A stretch of DNA of 64,000 nucleotides from Escherichia coli (GCF_022846255.1 NZ_AP025682.1), one strand, 5' to 3'; positions 39,661 to 51,903 are shown, counted from the first letter of the stretch. Notes: generated from the sequence alone by a model not told the origin. Numbers and translations are program-made.

Positions 39661-40855
39661 CTACCTGCTGCTGCCGCTGATCTACCTGCTGGTTAACGTT
39701 AAAATCGCCCAGCTTGGCGAAAGTTTCCCCATCACCATCGTCACTTTTTTACCTGTCTTGTTACTGCTGTTTTTAGAGCGCATCAGCGTTAAAAAATTGA
39801 TGATTGCCTTAGGGATTGGCGCGGGGCTCACGGCGTTTAACTACCTGTTTGGTCAGTCGTTGGATGCCAGTAAATATGTCACTTCAACCATGCTGTTTGT
39901 CTATATTGTGATCATTATTGGCATGGTGTGGAGTATTCGCTTTAAAACGATTTCTCCACACAACCATCGCAAGATATTACGTTTCTTTTATCTGGTGGTC
40001 GGGCTGGTGGTGGTGCTGGCGGCGGTGGAGATGGCGCAAATTATCCTCACCGGCGGTAGCAGTATTATGGAGTCGATTTCGAAATATCTGATTTACAGCA
40101 ACAGCTATGTGCTGAATTTCATTAAATTTGGCGGCAAGCGCACGACAGCACTTTATTTCGAACCGGCATTTTTCGCTCTGGCATTAATCTCAATTTGGCT
40201 CAGCATCAAACAGTTTGGTATCAAAACGCCTAAAACCGATGCTATGATTCTCGCAGGGATAATATTATCCGGATCGTTTTCAGGGGTTATGACCTTTATC
40301 CTGTTTTATTTGCTGGAGTGGGCATTTCAATATCTGAATAAAGAGGCGATTAAGAAAAAGTTACCGTTAGCATTGATTTCTCTGGCTGTATTCCTGGTTG
40401 GTGTGGTAATCGCGTTCCCTTATATTTCCACCCGTCTGGGCGATTTAGGTACAGAAGGATCGTCATCGTATTATCGTATTGTCGGTCCGCTGGTGATGGT
40501 CGGTTATTCTTTAACCCATATTGACGGTGTAGTCAGATTTGGCTCACTTTATGAATATGTCGCATCATTCGGAATATTTAACGGTGCGGATGTCGGAAAA
40601 ACCATAGACAATGGTTTGTATCTGCTGATTATTTATTTTTCCTGGTTCGCGGTGCTTTTATCACTGTGGTACATGGGGAAAGTGATAAAAATGATGATCA
40701 ACGCTTTTGGTGATAACCGCAATTTTCGCGTGCAATTATATCTTTTTACTCCGGTATCGCTGTTTTTTACCGGTTCGATATTTAGCCCGGAATATGCATT
40801 TTTAATCGTCTGTCCGTTTATTTTGCGAAAAGCGTTAAATATACACCCTAAATAA
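39635..40855 (+). CDS. wcaD: colanic acid polymerase WcaD (Wzy-like)
   Basis: About 406 aa, polytopic membrane protein, visibly AT-richer than its neighbours. Start chosen at ATG 39635 (MSTSIRICSYLLLP); uncertain by a few codons. Confidence 0.85.
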   Translation: MSTSIRICSYLLLPLIYLLVNVKIAQLGESFPITIVTFLPVLLLLFLERISVKKLMIALGIGAGLTAFNYLFGQSLDASKYVTSTMLFVYIVIIIGMVWSIRFKTISPHNHRKILRFFYLVVGLVVVLAAVEMAQIILTGGSSIMESISKYLIYSNSYVLNFIKFGGKRTTALYFEPAFFALALISIWLSIKQFGIKTPKTDAMILAGIILSGSFSGVMTFILFYLLEWAFQYLNKEAIKKKLPLALISLAVFLVGVVIAFPYISTRLGDLGTEGSSSYYRIVGPLVMVGYSLTHIDGVVRFGSLYEYVASFGIFNGADVGKTIDNGLYLLIIYFSWFAVLLSLWYMGKVIKMMINAFGDNRNFRVQLYLFTPVSLFFTGSIFSPEYAFLIVCPFILRKALNIHPK

Positions 40856-40890
40856 TTCGAGTTGCAGGAAGTGGGTGAGCGAGGAAAACC

Positions 40891-40922
<32 letters not shown>

Positions 40923-40935
40923 TACGAGGTAAAAC

Positions 40936-41682
40936 ATGTTGCTTAGCATAATCACTGTCGCGTTTCGTAACCTCGAAGGAATAGTCAAAACACACGCCTC
41001 GCTGGCGCATCTGGCGCAGGCGGACGATATCAGCTTCGAATGGATTGTTGTTGATGGCGGTTCCAACGACGGCACCCGTGAGTATCTGGAAAATCTCAAT
41101 GGTATCTATAACCTACGCTTTGTCAGCGAGCCAGATAACGGTATCTACGACGCCATGAACAAAGGTATTGAAATGGCGCAAGGCAAGTTCGCGCTGTTTC
41201 TCAATTCAGGCGATATTTTTCATCAGGATGCCGCAAATTTTGTCCGTAAGTTAAAAATGCAAAAAGATAACGTGATGATCACCGGCGATGCGCTGCTGGA
41301 TTTTGGCGACGGGCATAAAATTAAACGTAGCGCCAAACCGGGTTGGTATATTTATCACAGCCTGCCCGCCAGTCATCAGGCGATATTTTTCCCGGTATCC
41401 GGCTTGAAAAAATGGCGTTATGACCTGGAATATAAAGTTTCTTCCGATTACGCGCTGGCGGCCAAAATGTATAAAGCTGGTTATGCATTTAGAAAACTCA
41501 ATGGCCTGGTGTCTGAATTTTCTATGGGTGGGGTATCAACCACCAATAATATGGAATTGTGTGCTGACGCCAAAAAAGTCCAAAGGCAGATATTACATGT
41601 GCCTGGCTTCTGGGCTGAATTATCCTGGCATTTACGCCAACGTACTACCTCAAAGACGAAAGCCTTATATAACAAAAGCTGA
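40936..41682 (+). CDS. wcaE: colanic acid glycosyltransferase WcaE (GT2 family)
   Basis: 248 aa, [15 protein letters not shown]... Confidence 0.9.
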   Translation: MLLSIITVAFRNLEGIVKTHASLAHLAQADDISFEWIVVDGGSNDGTREYLENLNGIYNLRFVSEPDNGIYDAMNKGIEMAQGKFALFLNSGDIFHQDAANFVRKLKMQKDNVMITGDALLDFGDGHKIKRSAKPGWYIYHSLPASHQAIFFPVSGLKKWRYDLEYKVSSDYALAAKMYKAGYAFRKLNGLVSEFSMGGVSTTNNMELCADAKKVQRQILHVPGFWAELSWHLRQRTTSKTKALYNKS

Positions 41683-41697
41683 ATATAAGGGAAAACG

Positions 41698-42246
41698 ATG
41701 CAAGATTTAAGCGGTTTCTCGGTACCGAAAGGGTTCCGGGGCAGCAATGCTATTAAAGTGCAATTGTGGTGGGCGGTACAGGCAACAATATTTGCCTGGT
41801 CGCCACAAGTATTGTATCGCTGGCGGGCTTTTTTATTACGTTTATTCGGCGCAAAAATAGGAAAAAACGTAGTTATTCGTCCGTCAGTAAAAATTACCTA
41901 TCCGTGGAAATTAACTTTAGGTGATTACGCGTGGGTCGGCGATGAGGTCAATTTATATACCCTAGGTGAAATAACCATTGGCGCACATTCGGTGATATCG
42001 CAAAAAAGTTATTTATGCACCGGGAGCCACGACCATGCAAGTCAACATTTCACCATTAACGCCACGCCTATTGTGATAGGCGAGAAATGCTGGCTGGCGA
42101 CAGATGTTTTTGTTGCCCCTGGCGTCACGATCGGCAACGGCACCGTCGTGGGTGCGCGAAGCAGTGTTTTTAAATCGCTTCCGGCAAATGTGGTTTGCCG
42201 GGGGAACCCCGCAGTGGTGATACGCAAACGCGTTGAAACTGAATAA
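41698..42246 (+). CDS. wcaF: colanic acid acetyltransferase WcaF (hexapeptide-repeat family)
   Basis: 182 aa; hexapeptide repeats. Confidence 0.9.
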   Translation: MQDLSGFSVPKGFRGSNAIKVQLWWAVQATIFAWSPQVLYRWRAFLLRLFGAKIGKNVVIRPSVKITYPWKLTLGDYAWVGDEVNLYTLGEITIGAHSVISQKSYLCTGSHDHASQHFTINATPIVIGEKCWLATDVFVAPGVTIGNGTVVGARSSVFKSLPANVVCRGNPAVVIRKRVETE

Positions 42247-42272
42247 ATTCAAAAAATACAGAGGAATAAGAC

Positions 42273-43394
42273 ATGTCAAAAGTCGCTCTCATCACCGGTG
42301 TAACCGGACAAGACGGTTCTTACCTGGCAGAGTTTCTGCTGGAAAAAGGTTACGAGGTGCATGGTATTAAGCGTCGCGCATCGTCATTCAACACCGAGCG
42401 CGTGGATCACATTTATCAGGATCCGCACACCTGCAACCCGAAATTCCATCTGCATTATGGCGACCTGAGTGATACCTCCAACCTGACGCGCATTTTGCGT
42501 GAAGTACAGCCGGATGAAGTGTACAACCTGGGGGCAATGAGCCACGTTGCGGTTTCTTTTGAGTCACCGGAATATACCGCAGACGTTGATGCGATGGGTA
42601 CGCTGCGTCTGCTGGAGGCGATCCGCTTCCTCGGTCTGGAAAAGAAAACCCGTTTCTATCAGGCTTCCACCTCTGAACTGTATGGTCTGGTGCAGGAAAT
42701 TCCGCAGAAAGAAACCACGCCGTTCTATCCACGCTCTCCGTATGCGGTCGCCAAACTGTACGCCTACTGGATCACCGTTAACTACCGCGAATCCTACGGC
42801 ATGTACGCCTGTAACGGTATTCTCTTCAACCATGAATCCCCGCGCCGCGGCGAAACCTTCGTTACCCGCAAAATCACCCGCGCAATCGCCAACATCGCCC
42901 AGGGGCTGGAATCGTGCCTGTACCTCGGCAATATGGATTCCCTGCGTGACTGGGGCCATGCCAAAGACTACGTAAAAATGCAGTGGATGATGCTGCAACA
43001 GGAACAACCGGAAGATTTCGTTATTGCCACCGGCGTTCAGTACTCCGTACGTCAGTTCGTGGAAATGGCGGCAGCACAACTGGGCATCAAACTGCGCTTT
43101 GAAGGTACGGGCGTTGAAGAGAAGGGCATTGTGGTTTCCGTCACCGGGCATGACGCGCCGGGCGTTAAACCGGGCGATGTAATTATCGCCGTTGACCCGC
43201 GTTACTTCCGTCCGGCTGAAGTTGAAACGCTGCTCGGCGACCCGACCAAAGCACACGAAAAGCTGGGCTGGAAACCGGAAATCACCCTCAGAGAAATGGT
43301 ATCTGAAATGGTGGCTAATGACCTTGAAGCAGCGAAAAAACACTCTCTGCTGAAATCTCACGGCTACGACGTGGCGATCGCGCTGGAGTCATAA
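42273..43394 (+). CDS. gmd: GDP-mannose 4,6-dehydratase
   Basis: 373 aa, [31 protein letters not shown]... Confidence 0.95.
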
Positions 43395-43396
43395 GC

Positions 43397-44362
43397 ATGA
43401 GTAAACAACGCATTTTTATCGCTGGCCATCGCGGGATGGTCGGTTCTGCCATCAGGCGGCAGCTCGAACAGCGCGGTGATGTGGAACTGGTATTACGCAC
43501 CCGCGACGAACTGAACCTGCTGGACAGCCGCGCGGTGCATGATTTCTTTGCCAGCGAGCGCATTGACCAGGTCTATCTGGCGGCGGCGAAAGTAGGCGGC
43601 ATTGTTGCCAACAACACATATCCGGCAGATTTCATCTACCAGAACATGATGATTGAGAGCAACATCATTCACGCCGCGCATCAGAACGACGTCAACAAAC
43701 TGCTGTTTCTCGGATCGTCCTGTATCTACCCAAAACTGGCAAAACAGCCGATGGTAGAAAGCGAGCTGTTACAGGGCACGCTGGAGCCGACCAACGAGCC
43801 ATACGCCATTGCCAAAATCGCCGGGATCAAACTGTGCGAATCTTACAACCGCCAGTACGGACGCGATTACCGCTCTGTCATGCCGACCAACCTGTACGGG
43901 CCGCACGACAACTTCCATCCGAGTAATTCGCATGTGATCCCTGCATTGCTGCGTCGCTTCCACGAGGCGACGGCACAGAATGCACCGGACGTGGTGGTGT
44001 GGGGCAGCGGTACACCGATGCGCGAATTTCTGCACGTCGATGATATGGCGGCGGCGAGCATTCATGTGATGGAGCTGGCGCACGAAGTCTGGCTGGAGAA
44101 CACCCAACCGATGCTGTCGCACATTAACGTCGGCACGGGCGTTGACTGCACTATCCGCGAGCTGGCGCAAACCATCGCCAAAGTGGTGGGTTACAAAGGT
44201 CGGGTGGTTTTTGATGCCAGTAAACCGGATGGTACGCCGCGCAAACTGCTGGATGTGACGCGGTTGCATCAGCTTGGCTGGTATCACGAAATTTCACTGG
44301 AAGCGGGGCTTGCCAGCACTTACCAGTGGTTCCTTGAGAATCAAGACCGCTTTCGGGGGTAA
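43397..44362 (+). CDS. fcl: GDP-L-fucose synthase (GDP-4-keto-6-deoxymannose 3,5-epimerase/4-reductase)
   Basis: 321 aa, [19 protein letters not shown]... Confidence 0.95.
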   Translation: MSKQRIFIAGHRGMVGSAIRRQLEQRGDVELVLRTRDELNLLDSRAVHDFFASERIDQVYLAAAKVGGIVANNTYPADFIYQNMMIESNIIHAAHQNDVNKLLFLGSSCIYPKLAKQPMVESELLQGTLEPTNEPYAIAKIAGIKLCESYNRQYGRDYRSVMPTNLYGPHDNFHPSNSHVIPALLRRFHEATAQNAPDVVVWGSGTPMREFLHVDDMAAASIHVMELAHEVWLENTQPMLSHINVGTGVDCTIRELAQTIAKVVGYKGRVVFDASKPDGTPRKLLDVTRLHQLGWYHEISLEAGLASTYQWFLENQDRFRG

Positions 44363-44844
44363 TGATGTTTTTACGTCAGGAAGACTTTGCCACGGTAGTG
44401 CGCTCCACACCGCTTGTCTCTCTCGACTTTATTGTTGAGAACAGTCGCGGCGAGTTTCTGCTTGGCAAAAGAACCAACCGCCCGGCGCAGGGTTACTGGT
44501 TTGTGCCGGGAGGGCGCGTGCAGAAAGACGAAACGCTGGAAGCCGCATTTGAGCGGCTGACGATGGCGGAACTGGGGCTGCGTCTGCCGATAACAGCAGG
44601 CCAGTTTTACGGTGTCTGGCAGCACTTTTATGACGATAACTTCTCCGGCACGGATTTTACCACTCACTATGTGGTGCTCGGTTTTCGCTTCAGAGTAGCG
44701 GAAGAAGAGCTGTTACTGCCGGATGAGCAGCATGACGATTACCGCTGGCTGACGCCGGACGCGTTGCTCGCCAGTAACGATGTTCACGCTAACAGCCGCG
44801 CCTATTTTCTCGCTGAGAAGCGTGCCGGAGTACCCGGATTATGA
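44362..44844 (+). CDS. gmm: GDP-mannose mannosyl hydrolase (Nudix)
   Basis: About 160 aa with a Nudix fold; start overlaps the fcl stop. Confidence 0.9.
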   Translation: MMFLRQEDFATVVRSTPLVSLDFIVENSRGEFLLGKRTNRPAQGYWFVPGGRVQKDETLEAAFERLTMAELGLRLPITAGQFYGVWQHFYDDNFSGTDFTTHYVVLGFRFRVAEEELLLPDEQHDDYRWLTPDALLASNDVHANSRAYFLAEKRAGVPGL

Positions 44845-46064
44845 AAATACTGGTCTACGGCATTAACTACTCGCCGGAGTTAACCGGCATCGGCAAATAC
44901 ACCGGAGAGATGGTTGAATGGCTGGCGGCGCAAGGTCATGAGGTGCGGGTTATTACCGCACCGCCTTACTACCCGCAGTGGCAGGTGGGCGAGAACTATT
45001 CCGCCTGGCGGTACAAACGGGAAGAGGGGGCCGCCACGGTGTGGCGCTGCCCGCTGTACGTGCCAAAACAGCCGAGCACCCTGAAACGCCTGTTGCATCT
45101 CGGCAGTTTTGCCGTCAGCAGTTTTTTCCCGTTGATGGCGCAACGTCGCTGGAAGCCGGATCGCATTATCGGCGTAGTGCCAACGCTGTTTTGCACGCCA
45201 GGAATGCGCCTGCTGGCGAAACTGTCTGGTGCGCGCACGGTGCTCCATATTCAGGATTACGAAGTGGACGCCATGCTGGGGCTGGGCCTTGCCGGAAAAG
45301 GTAAAGGCGGCAAAGTGGCACAGCTGGCAACGGCGTTCGAACGTAGCGGACTGCATAACGTCGATAACGTCTCCACGATTTCGCGTTCGATGATGAATAA
45401 AGCTATCGAAAAAGGCGTGGCGGCGGAAAACGTCATCTTCTTCCCCAATTGGTCGGAAATCGCCCGTTTTCAACATGTTGCAGACGCCGATGTTGACGCC
45501 CTTCGTAACCAGCTTGGCCTGCCGGATAACAAAAAAATCATTCTTTACTCCGGCAATATTGGTGAAAAGCAGGGACTGGAAAACGTTATTGAAGCTGCCG
45601 ATCGCCTGCGCGATGAACCGCTGATTTTTGCCATTGTCGGGCAGGGCGGCGGCAAAGCGCGGCTGGAAAAAATGGCGCAGCAGCGTGGACTGCGCAACAT
45701 GCAATTTTTTCCGCTGCAATCGTATGACGCTTTACCCGCACTGCTGAAGATGGGGGATTGCCATCTGGTGGTGCAAAAACGCGGCGCGGCAGATGCCGTA
45801 TTGCCGTCGAAACTGACCAATATTCTGGCGGTAGGCGGTAACGCGGTGATTACCGCAGAAGCCCACACAGAACTGGGGCAGCTTTGCGAAACCTTTCCGG
45901 GCATTGCGGTTTGCGTGGAACCGGAATCGGTCGAGGCGCTGGTGGCGGGGATTCGTCAGGCGTTCCTGCTGCCCAAACACAACACGGTGGCACGTGAATA
46001 TGCCGAACGCACGCTCGATAAAGAGAACGTGTTACGTCAATTTATAAATGATATTCGGGGATAA
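44841..46064 (+). CDS. wcaI: colanic acid glycosyltransferase WcaI (GT4 family)
   Basis: 407 aa, [24 protein letters not shown]... Confidence 0.9.
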   Translation: MKILVYGINYSPELTGIGKYTGEMVEWLAAQGHEVRVITAPPYYPQWQVGENYSAWRYKREEGAATVWRCPLYVPKQPSTLKRLLHLGSFAVSSFFPLMAQRRWKPDRIIGVVPTLFCTPGMRLLAKLSGARTVLHIQDYEVDAMLGLGLAGKGKGGKVAQLATAFERSGLHNVDNVSTISRSMMNKAIEKGVAAENVIFFPNWSEIARFQHVADADVDALRNQLGLPDNKKIILYSGNIGEKQGLENVIEAADRLRDEPLIFAIVGQGGGKARLEKMAQQRGLRNMQFFPLQSYDALPALLKMGDCHLVVQKRGAADAVLPSKLTNILAVGGNAVITAEAHTELGQLCETFPGIAVCVEPESVEALVAGIRQAFLLPKHNTVAREYAERTLDKENVLRQFINDIRG

Positions 46065-46066
46065 TT

Positions 46067-47503
46067 ATGGCGCAGTCGAAACTCTATCCAGTTGTGATGG
46101 CAGGTGGCTCCGGTAGCCGCTTATGGCCGCTTTCCCGCGTACTTTACCCCAAGCAGTTTTTATGCCTGAAAGGCGATCTCACCATGCTGCAAACCACCAT
46201 CTGCCGCCTGAACGGCGTGGAGTGCGAAAGCCCGGTGGTGATTTGCAATGAGCAGCACCGCTTTATTGTCGCGGAACAGCTGCGTCAACTGAATAAACTC
46301 ACCGAGAACATTATTCTCGAACCGGCAGGGCGTAACACTGCACCGGCCATTGCGCTGGCGGCGCTGGCGGCAAAACGTCATAGCCCGGAGAGCGACCCGT
46401 TAATGCTGGTCTTGGCGGCGGATCATGTGATTGCCGACGAAGACGCGTTCCGTGCCGCCGTGCGTAATGCCATGCCGTATGCCGAAGCGGGTAAGCTGGT
46501 CACCTTCGGCATTGTGCCGGATCTACCTGAAACCGGATATGGCTATATTCGTCGCGGTGAAGTGTCGGCGGGCGAGCAGGATACGGTGGCCTTTGAAGTG
46601 GCGCAGTTTGTCGAAAAACCGAATCTGGAAACCGCTCAGGCCTATGTGGCAAGCGGCGAATATTACTGGAACAGCGGTATGTTCCTGTTCCGTGCCGGAC
46701 GCTATCTCGAAGAACTGAAAAAATATCGCCCGGATATTCTCGATGCCTGCGAAAAAGCGATGAGCGCCGTCGATCCGGATCTCGATTTTATTCGTGTGGA
46801 TGAAGAAGCGTTTCTGGCCTGCCCGGAAGAGTCGGTGGATTACGCGGTCATGGAACGCACGGCAGATGCCGTTGTGGTGCCGATGGATGCAGGCTGGAGC
46901 GATGTCGGCTCCTGGTCCTCTTTATGGGAGATCAGCGCCCACACCGCCGAGGGCAACGTTTGCCATGGCGATGTGATTAATCACAAAACTGAAAACAGCT
47001 ATGTGTATGCCGAATCTGGCCTGGTCACCACCGTCGGGGTGAAAGATTTGGTGGTAGTGCAGACCAAAGATGCGGTGCTGATTGCCGACCGTAATGCGGT
47101 GCAGGATGTGAAAAAAGTGGTCGAGCAGATCAAAGCTGATGGTCGCCATGAGCATCGGGTGCATCGCGAAGTGTATCGTCCGTGGGGCAAATATGACTCT
47201 ATCGACGCGGGCGACCGCTATCAGGTGAAACGCATCACCGTGAAACCGGGCGAAGGCTTGTCAGTACAGATGCACCATCACCGCGCGGAACACTGGGTAG
47301 TGGTCGCGGGAACGGCAAAAGTCACTATTGACGGTGATATCAAACTGCTTGGTGAAAACGAGTCCATTTATATTCCGCTGGGGGCGACGCACTGCCTGGA
47401 AAACCCGGGGAAAATTCCGCTCGATTTAATTGAAGTGCGCTCCGGCTCTTATCTCGAAGAGGATGATGTGGTGCGCTTCGCGGATCGCTACGGACGGGTG
47501 TAG
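46067..47503 (+). CDS. manC: mannose-1-phosphate guanylyltransferase (CpsB/ManC)
   Basis: 478 aa; nucleotidyltransferase ([11 protein letters not shown]) plus C-terminal cupin domain. Confidence 0.95.
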   Translation: MAQSKLYPVVMAGGSGSRLWPLSRVLYPKQFLCLKGDLTMLQTTICRLNGVECESPVVICNEQHRFIVAEQLRQLNKLTENIILEPAGRNTAPAIALAALAAKRHSPESDPLMLVLAADHVIADEDAFRAAVRNAMPYAEAGKLVTFGIVPDLPETGYGYIRRGEVSAGEQDTVAFEVAQFVEKPNLETAQAYVASGEYYWNSGMFLFRAGRYLEELKKYRPDILDACEKAMSAVDPDLDFIRVDEEAFLACPEESVDYAVMERTADAVVVPMDAGWSDVGSWSSLWEISAHTAEGNVCHGDVINHKTENSYVYAESGLVTTVGVKDLVVVQTKDAVLIADRNAVQDVKKVVEQIKADGRHEHRVHREVYRPWGKYDSIDAGDRYQVKRITVKPGEGLSVQMHHHRAEHWVVVAGTAKVTIDGDIKLLGENESIYIPLGATHCLENPGKIPLDLIEVRSGSYLEEDDVVRFADRYGRV

Positions 47504-47603
47504 CCGTTGAATAATCAACCGGATTAATTCTCCGGTAAATAACGAAAAAACAAAATTGGCCGTTTCGGTCAGGGCCAACTATTGCCTGAAAAAGGGTAAC
47601 GAC

Positions 47604-48974
47604 ATGAAAAAATTAACCTGCTTTAAAGCCTATGATATTCGCGGGAAATTAGGCGAAGAACTGAATGAAGATATCGCCTGGCGCATTGGTCGCGCCTATG
47701 GCGAATTTCTCAAACCGAAAACCATTGTGTTAGGCTGTGATGTCCGCCTCACCAGCGAAACCTTAAAACTGGCGCTGGCGAAAGGTTTACAGGATGCGGG
47801 CGTCGATGTGCTGGATATTGGCATGTCCGGCACCGAAGAGATCTATTTCGCCACGTTCCATCTCGGCGTGGATGGTGGCATTGAAGTTACCGCCAGCCAT
47901 AACCCGATGGATTACAACGGCATGAAGCTGGTGCGCGAGGGGGCCCGCCCGATCAGCGGTGATACCGGACTGCGCGATGTCCAGCGTCTGGCAGAAGCCA
48001 ACGACTTCCCTCCCGTTGATGAAACCAAACGCGGTCGCTATCAGCAAATCAATCTGCGTGACGCTTACGTTGATCACCTGTTCGGTTATATCAACGTCAA
48101 AAACCTCACGCCGCTCAAGCTGGTGATCAACTCCGGGAACGGCGCAGCGGGTCCGGTGGTGGACGCCATCGAAGCCCGCTTTAACGCCCTCGGCGCACCT
48201 GTGGAATTGATCAAAGTGCACAACACGCCGGACGGCAATTTCCCCAACGGTATTCCTAACCCGCTGCTGCCAGAATGTCGCGACGACACTCGCAATGCGG
48301 TCATTAAACACGGCGCGGATATGGGCATTGCCTTTGATGGCGATTTTGACCGCTGTTTCCTGTTTGACGAAAAAGGGCAGTTTATCGAGGGTTACTACAT
48401 TGTCGGTTTGCTGGCAGAAGCGTTCCTCGAAAAAAATCCCGGCGCGAAGATCATCCACGATCCACGTCTCTCCTGGAACACCGTTGATGTGGTGACTGCC
48501 GCAGGTGGCACGCCGGTAATGTCGAAAACCGGACACGCCTTTATTAAAGAACGTATGCGCAAGGAAGACGCCATCTACGGTGGCGAAATGAGCGCCCACC
48601 ATTACTTCCGTGATTTCGCTTACTGCGACAGCGGCATGATCCCATGGCTGCTGGTGGCCGAACTGGTGTGCCTGAAAGGAAAAACGCTGGGCGAACTGGT
48701 GCGCGACCGGATGGCAGCGTTTCCGGCAAGCGGTGAGATCAACAGCAAACTGGCGCAACCCGTTGAGGCGATTAACCGCGTCGAACAGCATTTTAGCCGT
48801 GAGGCGCTGGCGGTGGATCGCACCGATGGCATCAGTATGACCTTTGCCGACTGGCGCTTTAATCTGCGCTCCTCCAACACCGAACCGGTGGTGCGGTTGA
48901 ATGTGGAATCGCGCGGTGACGTGCCGCTGATGGAAGCGCGAACGCGAACTCTGCTGACGTTGCTGAACGAGTAA
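47604..48974 (+). CDS. manB: phosphomannomutase (CpsG/ManB)
   Basis: 456 aa from ATG at 47604 ([14 protein letters not shown]...); active-site TASHNP motif. Confidence 0.95.
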   Translation: MKKLTCFKAYDIRGKLGEELNEDIAWRIGRAYGEFLKPKTIVLGCDVRLTSETLKLALAKGLQDAGVDVLDIGMSGTEEIYFATFHLGVDGGIEVTASHNPMDYNGMKLVREGARPISGDTGLRDVQRLAEANDFPPVDETKRGRYQQINLRDAYVDHLFGYINVKNLTPLKLVINSGNGAAGPVVDAIEARFNALGAPVELIKVHNTPDGNFPNGIPNPLLPECRDDTRNAVIKHGADMGIAFDGDFDRCFLFDEKGQFIEGYYIVGLLAEAFLEKNPGAKIIHDPRLSWNTVDVVTAAGGTPVMSKTGHAFIKERMRKEDAIYGGEMSAHHYFRDFAYCDSGMIPWLLVAELVCLKGKTLGELVRDRMAAFPASGEINSKLAQPVEAINRVEQHFSREALAVDRTDGISMTFADWRFNLRSSNTEPVVRLNVESRGDVPLMEARTRTLLTLLNE

Positions 48975-48985
48975 TGTCGGATCTT

Positions 48986-49010
48986 CCCTTACCCCACTGC
49001 GGGTAAGGGG
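48986..49010 (+). terminator. stem-loop between manB and wcaJ (cccttacccc-actgc-gggtaagggg); possible intra-operon attenuator or RNA-processing hairpin
   Basis: Perfect 9-10 bp inverted repeat read from the sequence; no clear U-tract, so function is uncertain. Confidence 0.3.
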
Positions 49011-49028
49011 CTAATAACAGGAACAACG

Positions 49029-50423
49029 ATGACAAATCTAAAAAAGCGCGAGCGAGCGAAAACCAATGCATCGTTAATCTCTATGGTGCAACGCTTTTCA
49101 GATATCACCATCATGTTTGCCGGACTATGGCTGGTTTGCGAAGTGAGCGGACTGTCATTCCTCTACATGCACCTGTTGGTGGCGCTGATTACGCTGGTGG
49201 TGTTCCAGATGCTGGGCGGCATCACCGATTTTTATCGCTCATGGCGCGGTGTTCGGGCATCGACAGAATTTGCTCTGTTGCTACAAAACTGGACGTTAAG
49301 CGTGATTTTCAGCGCCGGACTGGTGGCGTTTAACAATGATTTCGACACGCAACTGAAAATCTGGCTGGCGTGGTATGGACTGACCAGCATCGGACTGGTG
49401 GTTTGCCGTTCGTGTATTCGCATTGGGGCGGGCTGGCTGCGTAATCATGGCTATAACAAACGCATGGTCGCCGTAGCGGGGGATTTAGCCGCCGGACAAA
49501 TGCTGATGGAAAGCTTCCGTAATCAGCCGTGGTTAGGGTTTGAAGTGGTGGGCGTTTACCACGACCCGAAACCGGGCGGCGTTTCTAACGACTGGGCGGG
49601 CAATCTGCAACAACTGGTCGAGGATGCGAAAGCGGGCAAGATTCATAACGTCTATATCGCGATGCAGATGTGCGACGGCGCGCGAGTGAAAAAACTGGTC
49701 CATCAACTGGCGGACACCACCTGTTCGGTGCTGCTGATCCCCGATGTCTTTACCTTCAACATTCTCCATTCCCGTCTCGAAGAGATGAACGGCGTACCGG
49801 TGGTGCCGCTGTATGACACGCCGCTTTCCGGGGTTAACCGCCTGCTAAAACGTGCGGAAGATATTGTGCTGGCGACGCTTATTCTGCTGCTGATCTCCCC
49901 GGTGCTGTGCTGTATTGCGCTGGCGGTAAAACTCAGTTCACCAGGACCGGTTATTTTCCGCCAGACTCGCTATGGCATGGATGGCAAGCCGATCAAAGTG
50001 TGGAAGTTCCGTTCGATGAAAGTGATGGAGAACGACAAAGTGGTGACCCAGGCGACGCAGAACGATCCGCGCGTCACCAAAGTGGGGAACTTTCTGCGCC
50101 GCACCTCGCTGGATGAATTGCCGCAGTTTATCAATGTGCTGACCGGGGGGATGTCGATTGTCGGTCCACGTCCGCACGCGGTGGCGCATAACGAACAGTA
50201 TCGCCAGCTCATTGAAGGCTACATGCTGCGCCATAAAGTGAAACCGGGCATTACCGGTTGGGCGCAGATTAACGGCTGGCGCGGCGAAACCGACACGCTG
50301 GAGAAAATGGAAAAACGCGTCGAGTTCGACCTTGAGTACATCCGCGAATGGAGCGTCTGGTTCGATATCAAAATCGTTTTCCTGACGGTATTCAAGGGCT
50401 TCGTTAACAAAGCGGCATATTGA
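49029..50423 (+). CDS. wcaJ: undecaprenyl-phosphate glucose phosphotransferase WcaJ (initiating transferase)
   Basis: 464 aa; polyisoprenyl-phosphate hexose-1-phosphate transferase C-terminal domain (PGITGWAQINGWRGETD). Confidence 0.93.
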   Translation: MTNLKKRERAKTNASLISMVQRFSDITIMFAGLWLVCEVSGLSFLYMHLLVALITLVVFQMLGGITDFYRSWRGVRASTEFALLLQNWTLSVIFSAGLVAFNNDFDTQLKIWLAWYGLTSIGLVVCRSCIRIGAGWLRNHGYNKRMVAVAGDLAAGQMLMESFRNQPWLGFEVVGVYHDPKPGGVSNDWAGNLQQLVEDAKAGKIHNVYIAMQMCDGARVKKLVHQLADTTCSVLLIPDVFTFNILHSRLEEMNGVPVVPLYDTPLSGVNRLLKRAEDIVLATLILLLISPVLCCIALAVKLSSPGPVIFRQTRYGMDGKPIKVWKFRSMKVMENDKVVTQATQNDPRVTKVGNFLRRTSLDELPQFINVLTGGMSIVGPRPHAVAHNEQYRQLIEGYMLRHKVKPGITGWAQINGWRGETDTLEKMEKRVEFDLEYIREWSVWFDIKIVFLTVFKGFVNKAAY

Positions 50424-50424
50424 T

Positions 50425-51903
50425 ATGAGCTTACGTGAAAAAACCATCAGCGGCGCGAAGTGGTCGGCGATTGCCACGGTGATCATCATCGGCCTCGGGC
50501 TGGTGCAAATGACCGTGCTGGCGCGGATTATCGACAACCACCAGTTCGGTTTGCTGACTGTGTCGCTGGTGATTATCGCGTTGGCAGATACACTTTCTGA
50601 CTTCGGTATCGCTAACTCGATTATTCAGCGAAAAGAAATCAGCCACCTTGAACTCACCACGCTGTACTGGCTGAACGTTGGGCTGGGGCTTGTGGTGTGC
50701 GTGGCGGTGTTTTTGTTGAGTGATCTCATCGGTGACGTGCTGAATAACCCGGACCTGGCACCGTTGATTAAAACATTGTCGCTGGCGTTTGTGGTGATCC
50801 CCCACGGGCAGCAGTTCCGCGCGTTGATGCAAAAAGAGCTGGAGTTCAACAAAATCGGCATGATCGAAACCAGCGCGGTGCTGGCGGGCTTCACTTTTAC
50901 GGTGGTTAGCGCCCATTTCTGGCCACTGGCGATGACCGCGATCCTCGGTTATCTGGTCAATAGTGCGGTAAGAACGCTGCTGTTTGGCTACTTTGGTCGC
51001 AAAATTTATCGCCCCGGTCTGCATTTCTCGCTGGCGTCGGTGGCACCGAACTTACGCTTTGGTGCCTGGCTGACGGCGGACAGCATCATCAACTATCTCA
51101 ATACCAACCTTTCAACGCTGGTGCTGGCGCGTATTCTCGGCGCGGGCGTGGCAGGGGGATACAACCTGGCGTACAACGTGGCCGTTGTGCCGCCGATGAA
51201 GCTGAACCCAATCATCACCCGCGTGTTGTTTCCGGCATTTGCCAAAATTCAGGACGACACCGAAAAGCTGCGCGTTAACTTCTACAAGCTGCTGTCGGTA
51301 GTGGGGATTATCAACTTTCCGGCGCTGCTGGGGCTGATGGTGGTGTCGAATAACTTTGTACCGCTGGTCTTTGGTGAGAAGTGGAACAGCATTATTCCGG
51401 TGCTGCAATTGCTGTGTGTGGTGGGGCTGCTGCGCTCAGTGGGGAACCCGATTGGTTCGCTGCTGATGGCGAAAGCGCGGGTCGATATCAGCTTTAAATT
51501 CAACGTATTCAAAACCTTTCTGTTTATTCCGGCGATTGTTATTGGTGGGCAGATGGCGGGCGCAATCGGCGTCACGCTTGGCTTCCTGCTGGTGCAGATT
51601 ATCAACACCATTCTGAGCTATTTCGTGATGATTAAACCGGTTCTTGGTTCCAGTTATCGCCAGTACATCCTGAGTTTGTGGCTGCCGTTTTACCTCTCGC
51701 TGCCGACGCTGGTGGTTAGTTCTGCGCTGGGCATTGTGCTGAAAGGGCAACTGGCGCTGGGGATGCTGCTGGCGGTGCAAATAACCGCGGGCGTGCTGGC
51801 GTTTGTGGTGATGATTGTGCTGTCACGCCATCCGCTGGTAGTGGAAGTGAAGCGTCAGTTTTGTCGCAGCGAAAAAATGAAAATGCTTTTACGGGCGGGG
51901 TGA
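50425..51903 (+). CDS. wzxC: colanic acid repeat-unit flippase WzxC
   Basis: 492 aa polytopic membrane protein of the Wzx/MOP family. Confidence 0.92.
   Translation: MSLREKTISGAKWSAIATVIIIGLGLVQMTVLARIIDNHQFGLLTVSLVIIALADTLSDFGIANSIIQRKEISHLELTTLYWLNVGLGLVVCVAVFLLSDLIGDVLNNPDLAPLIKTLSLAFVVIPHGQQFRALMQKELEFNKIGMIETSAVLAGFTFTVVSAHFWPLAMTAILGYLVNSAVRTLLFGYFGRKIYRPGLHFSLASVAPNLRFGAWLTADSIINYLNTNLSTLVLARILGAGVAGGYNLAYNVAVVPPMKLNPIITRVLFPAFAKIQDDTEKLRVNFYKLLSVVGIINFPALLGLMVVSNNFVPLVFGEKWNSIIPVLQLLCVVGLLRSVGNPIGSLLMAKARVDISFKFNVFKTFLFIPAIVIGGQMAGAIGVTLGFLLVQIINTILSYFVMIKPVLGSSYRQYILSLWLPFYLSLPTLVVSSALGIVLKGQLALGMLLAVQITAGVLAFVVMIVLSRHPLVVEVKRQFCRSEKMKMLLRAG

Noticed and set aside
42564-43361. 265-aa ORF on the minus strand
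   Set aside because: Lies antisense within gmd; shadow ORF with no recognisable motifs.
44880-45719. 279-aa ORF on the minus strand
   Set aside because: Lies antisense within wcaI; shadow ORF.
47787-48791. 334-aa ORF on the minus strand
   Set aside because: Lies antisense within manB; shadow ORF with no recognisable motifs.
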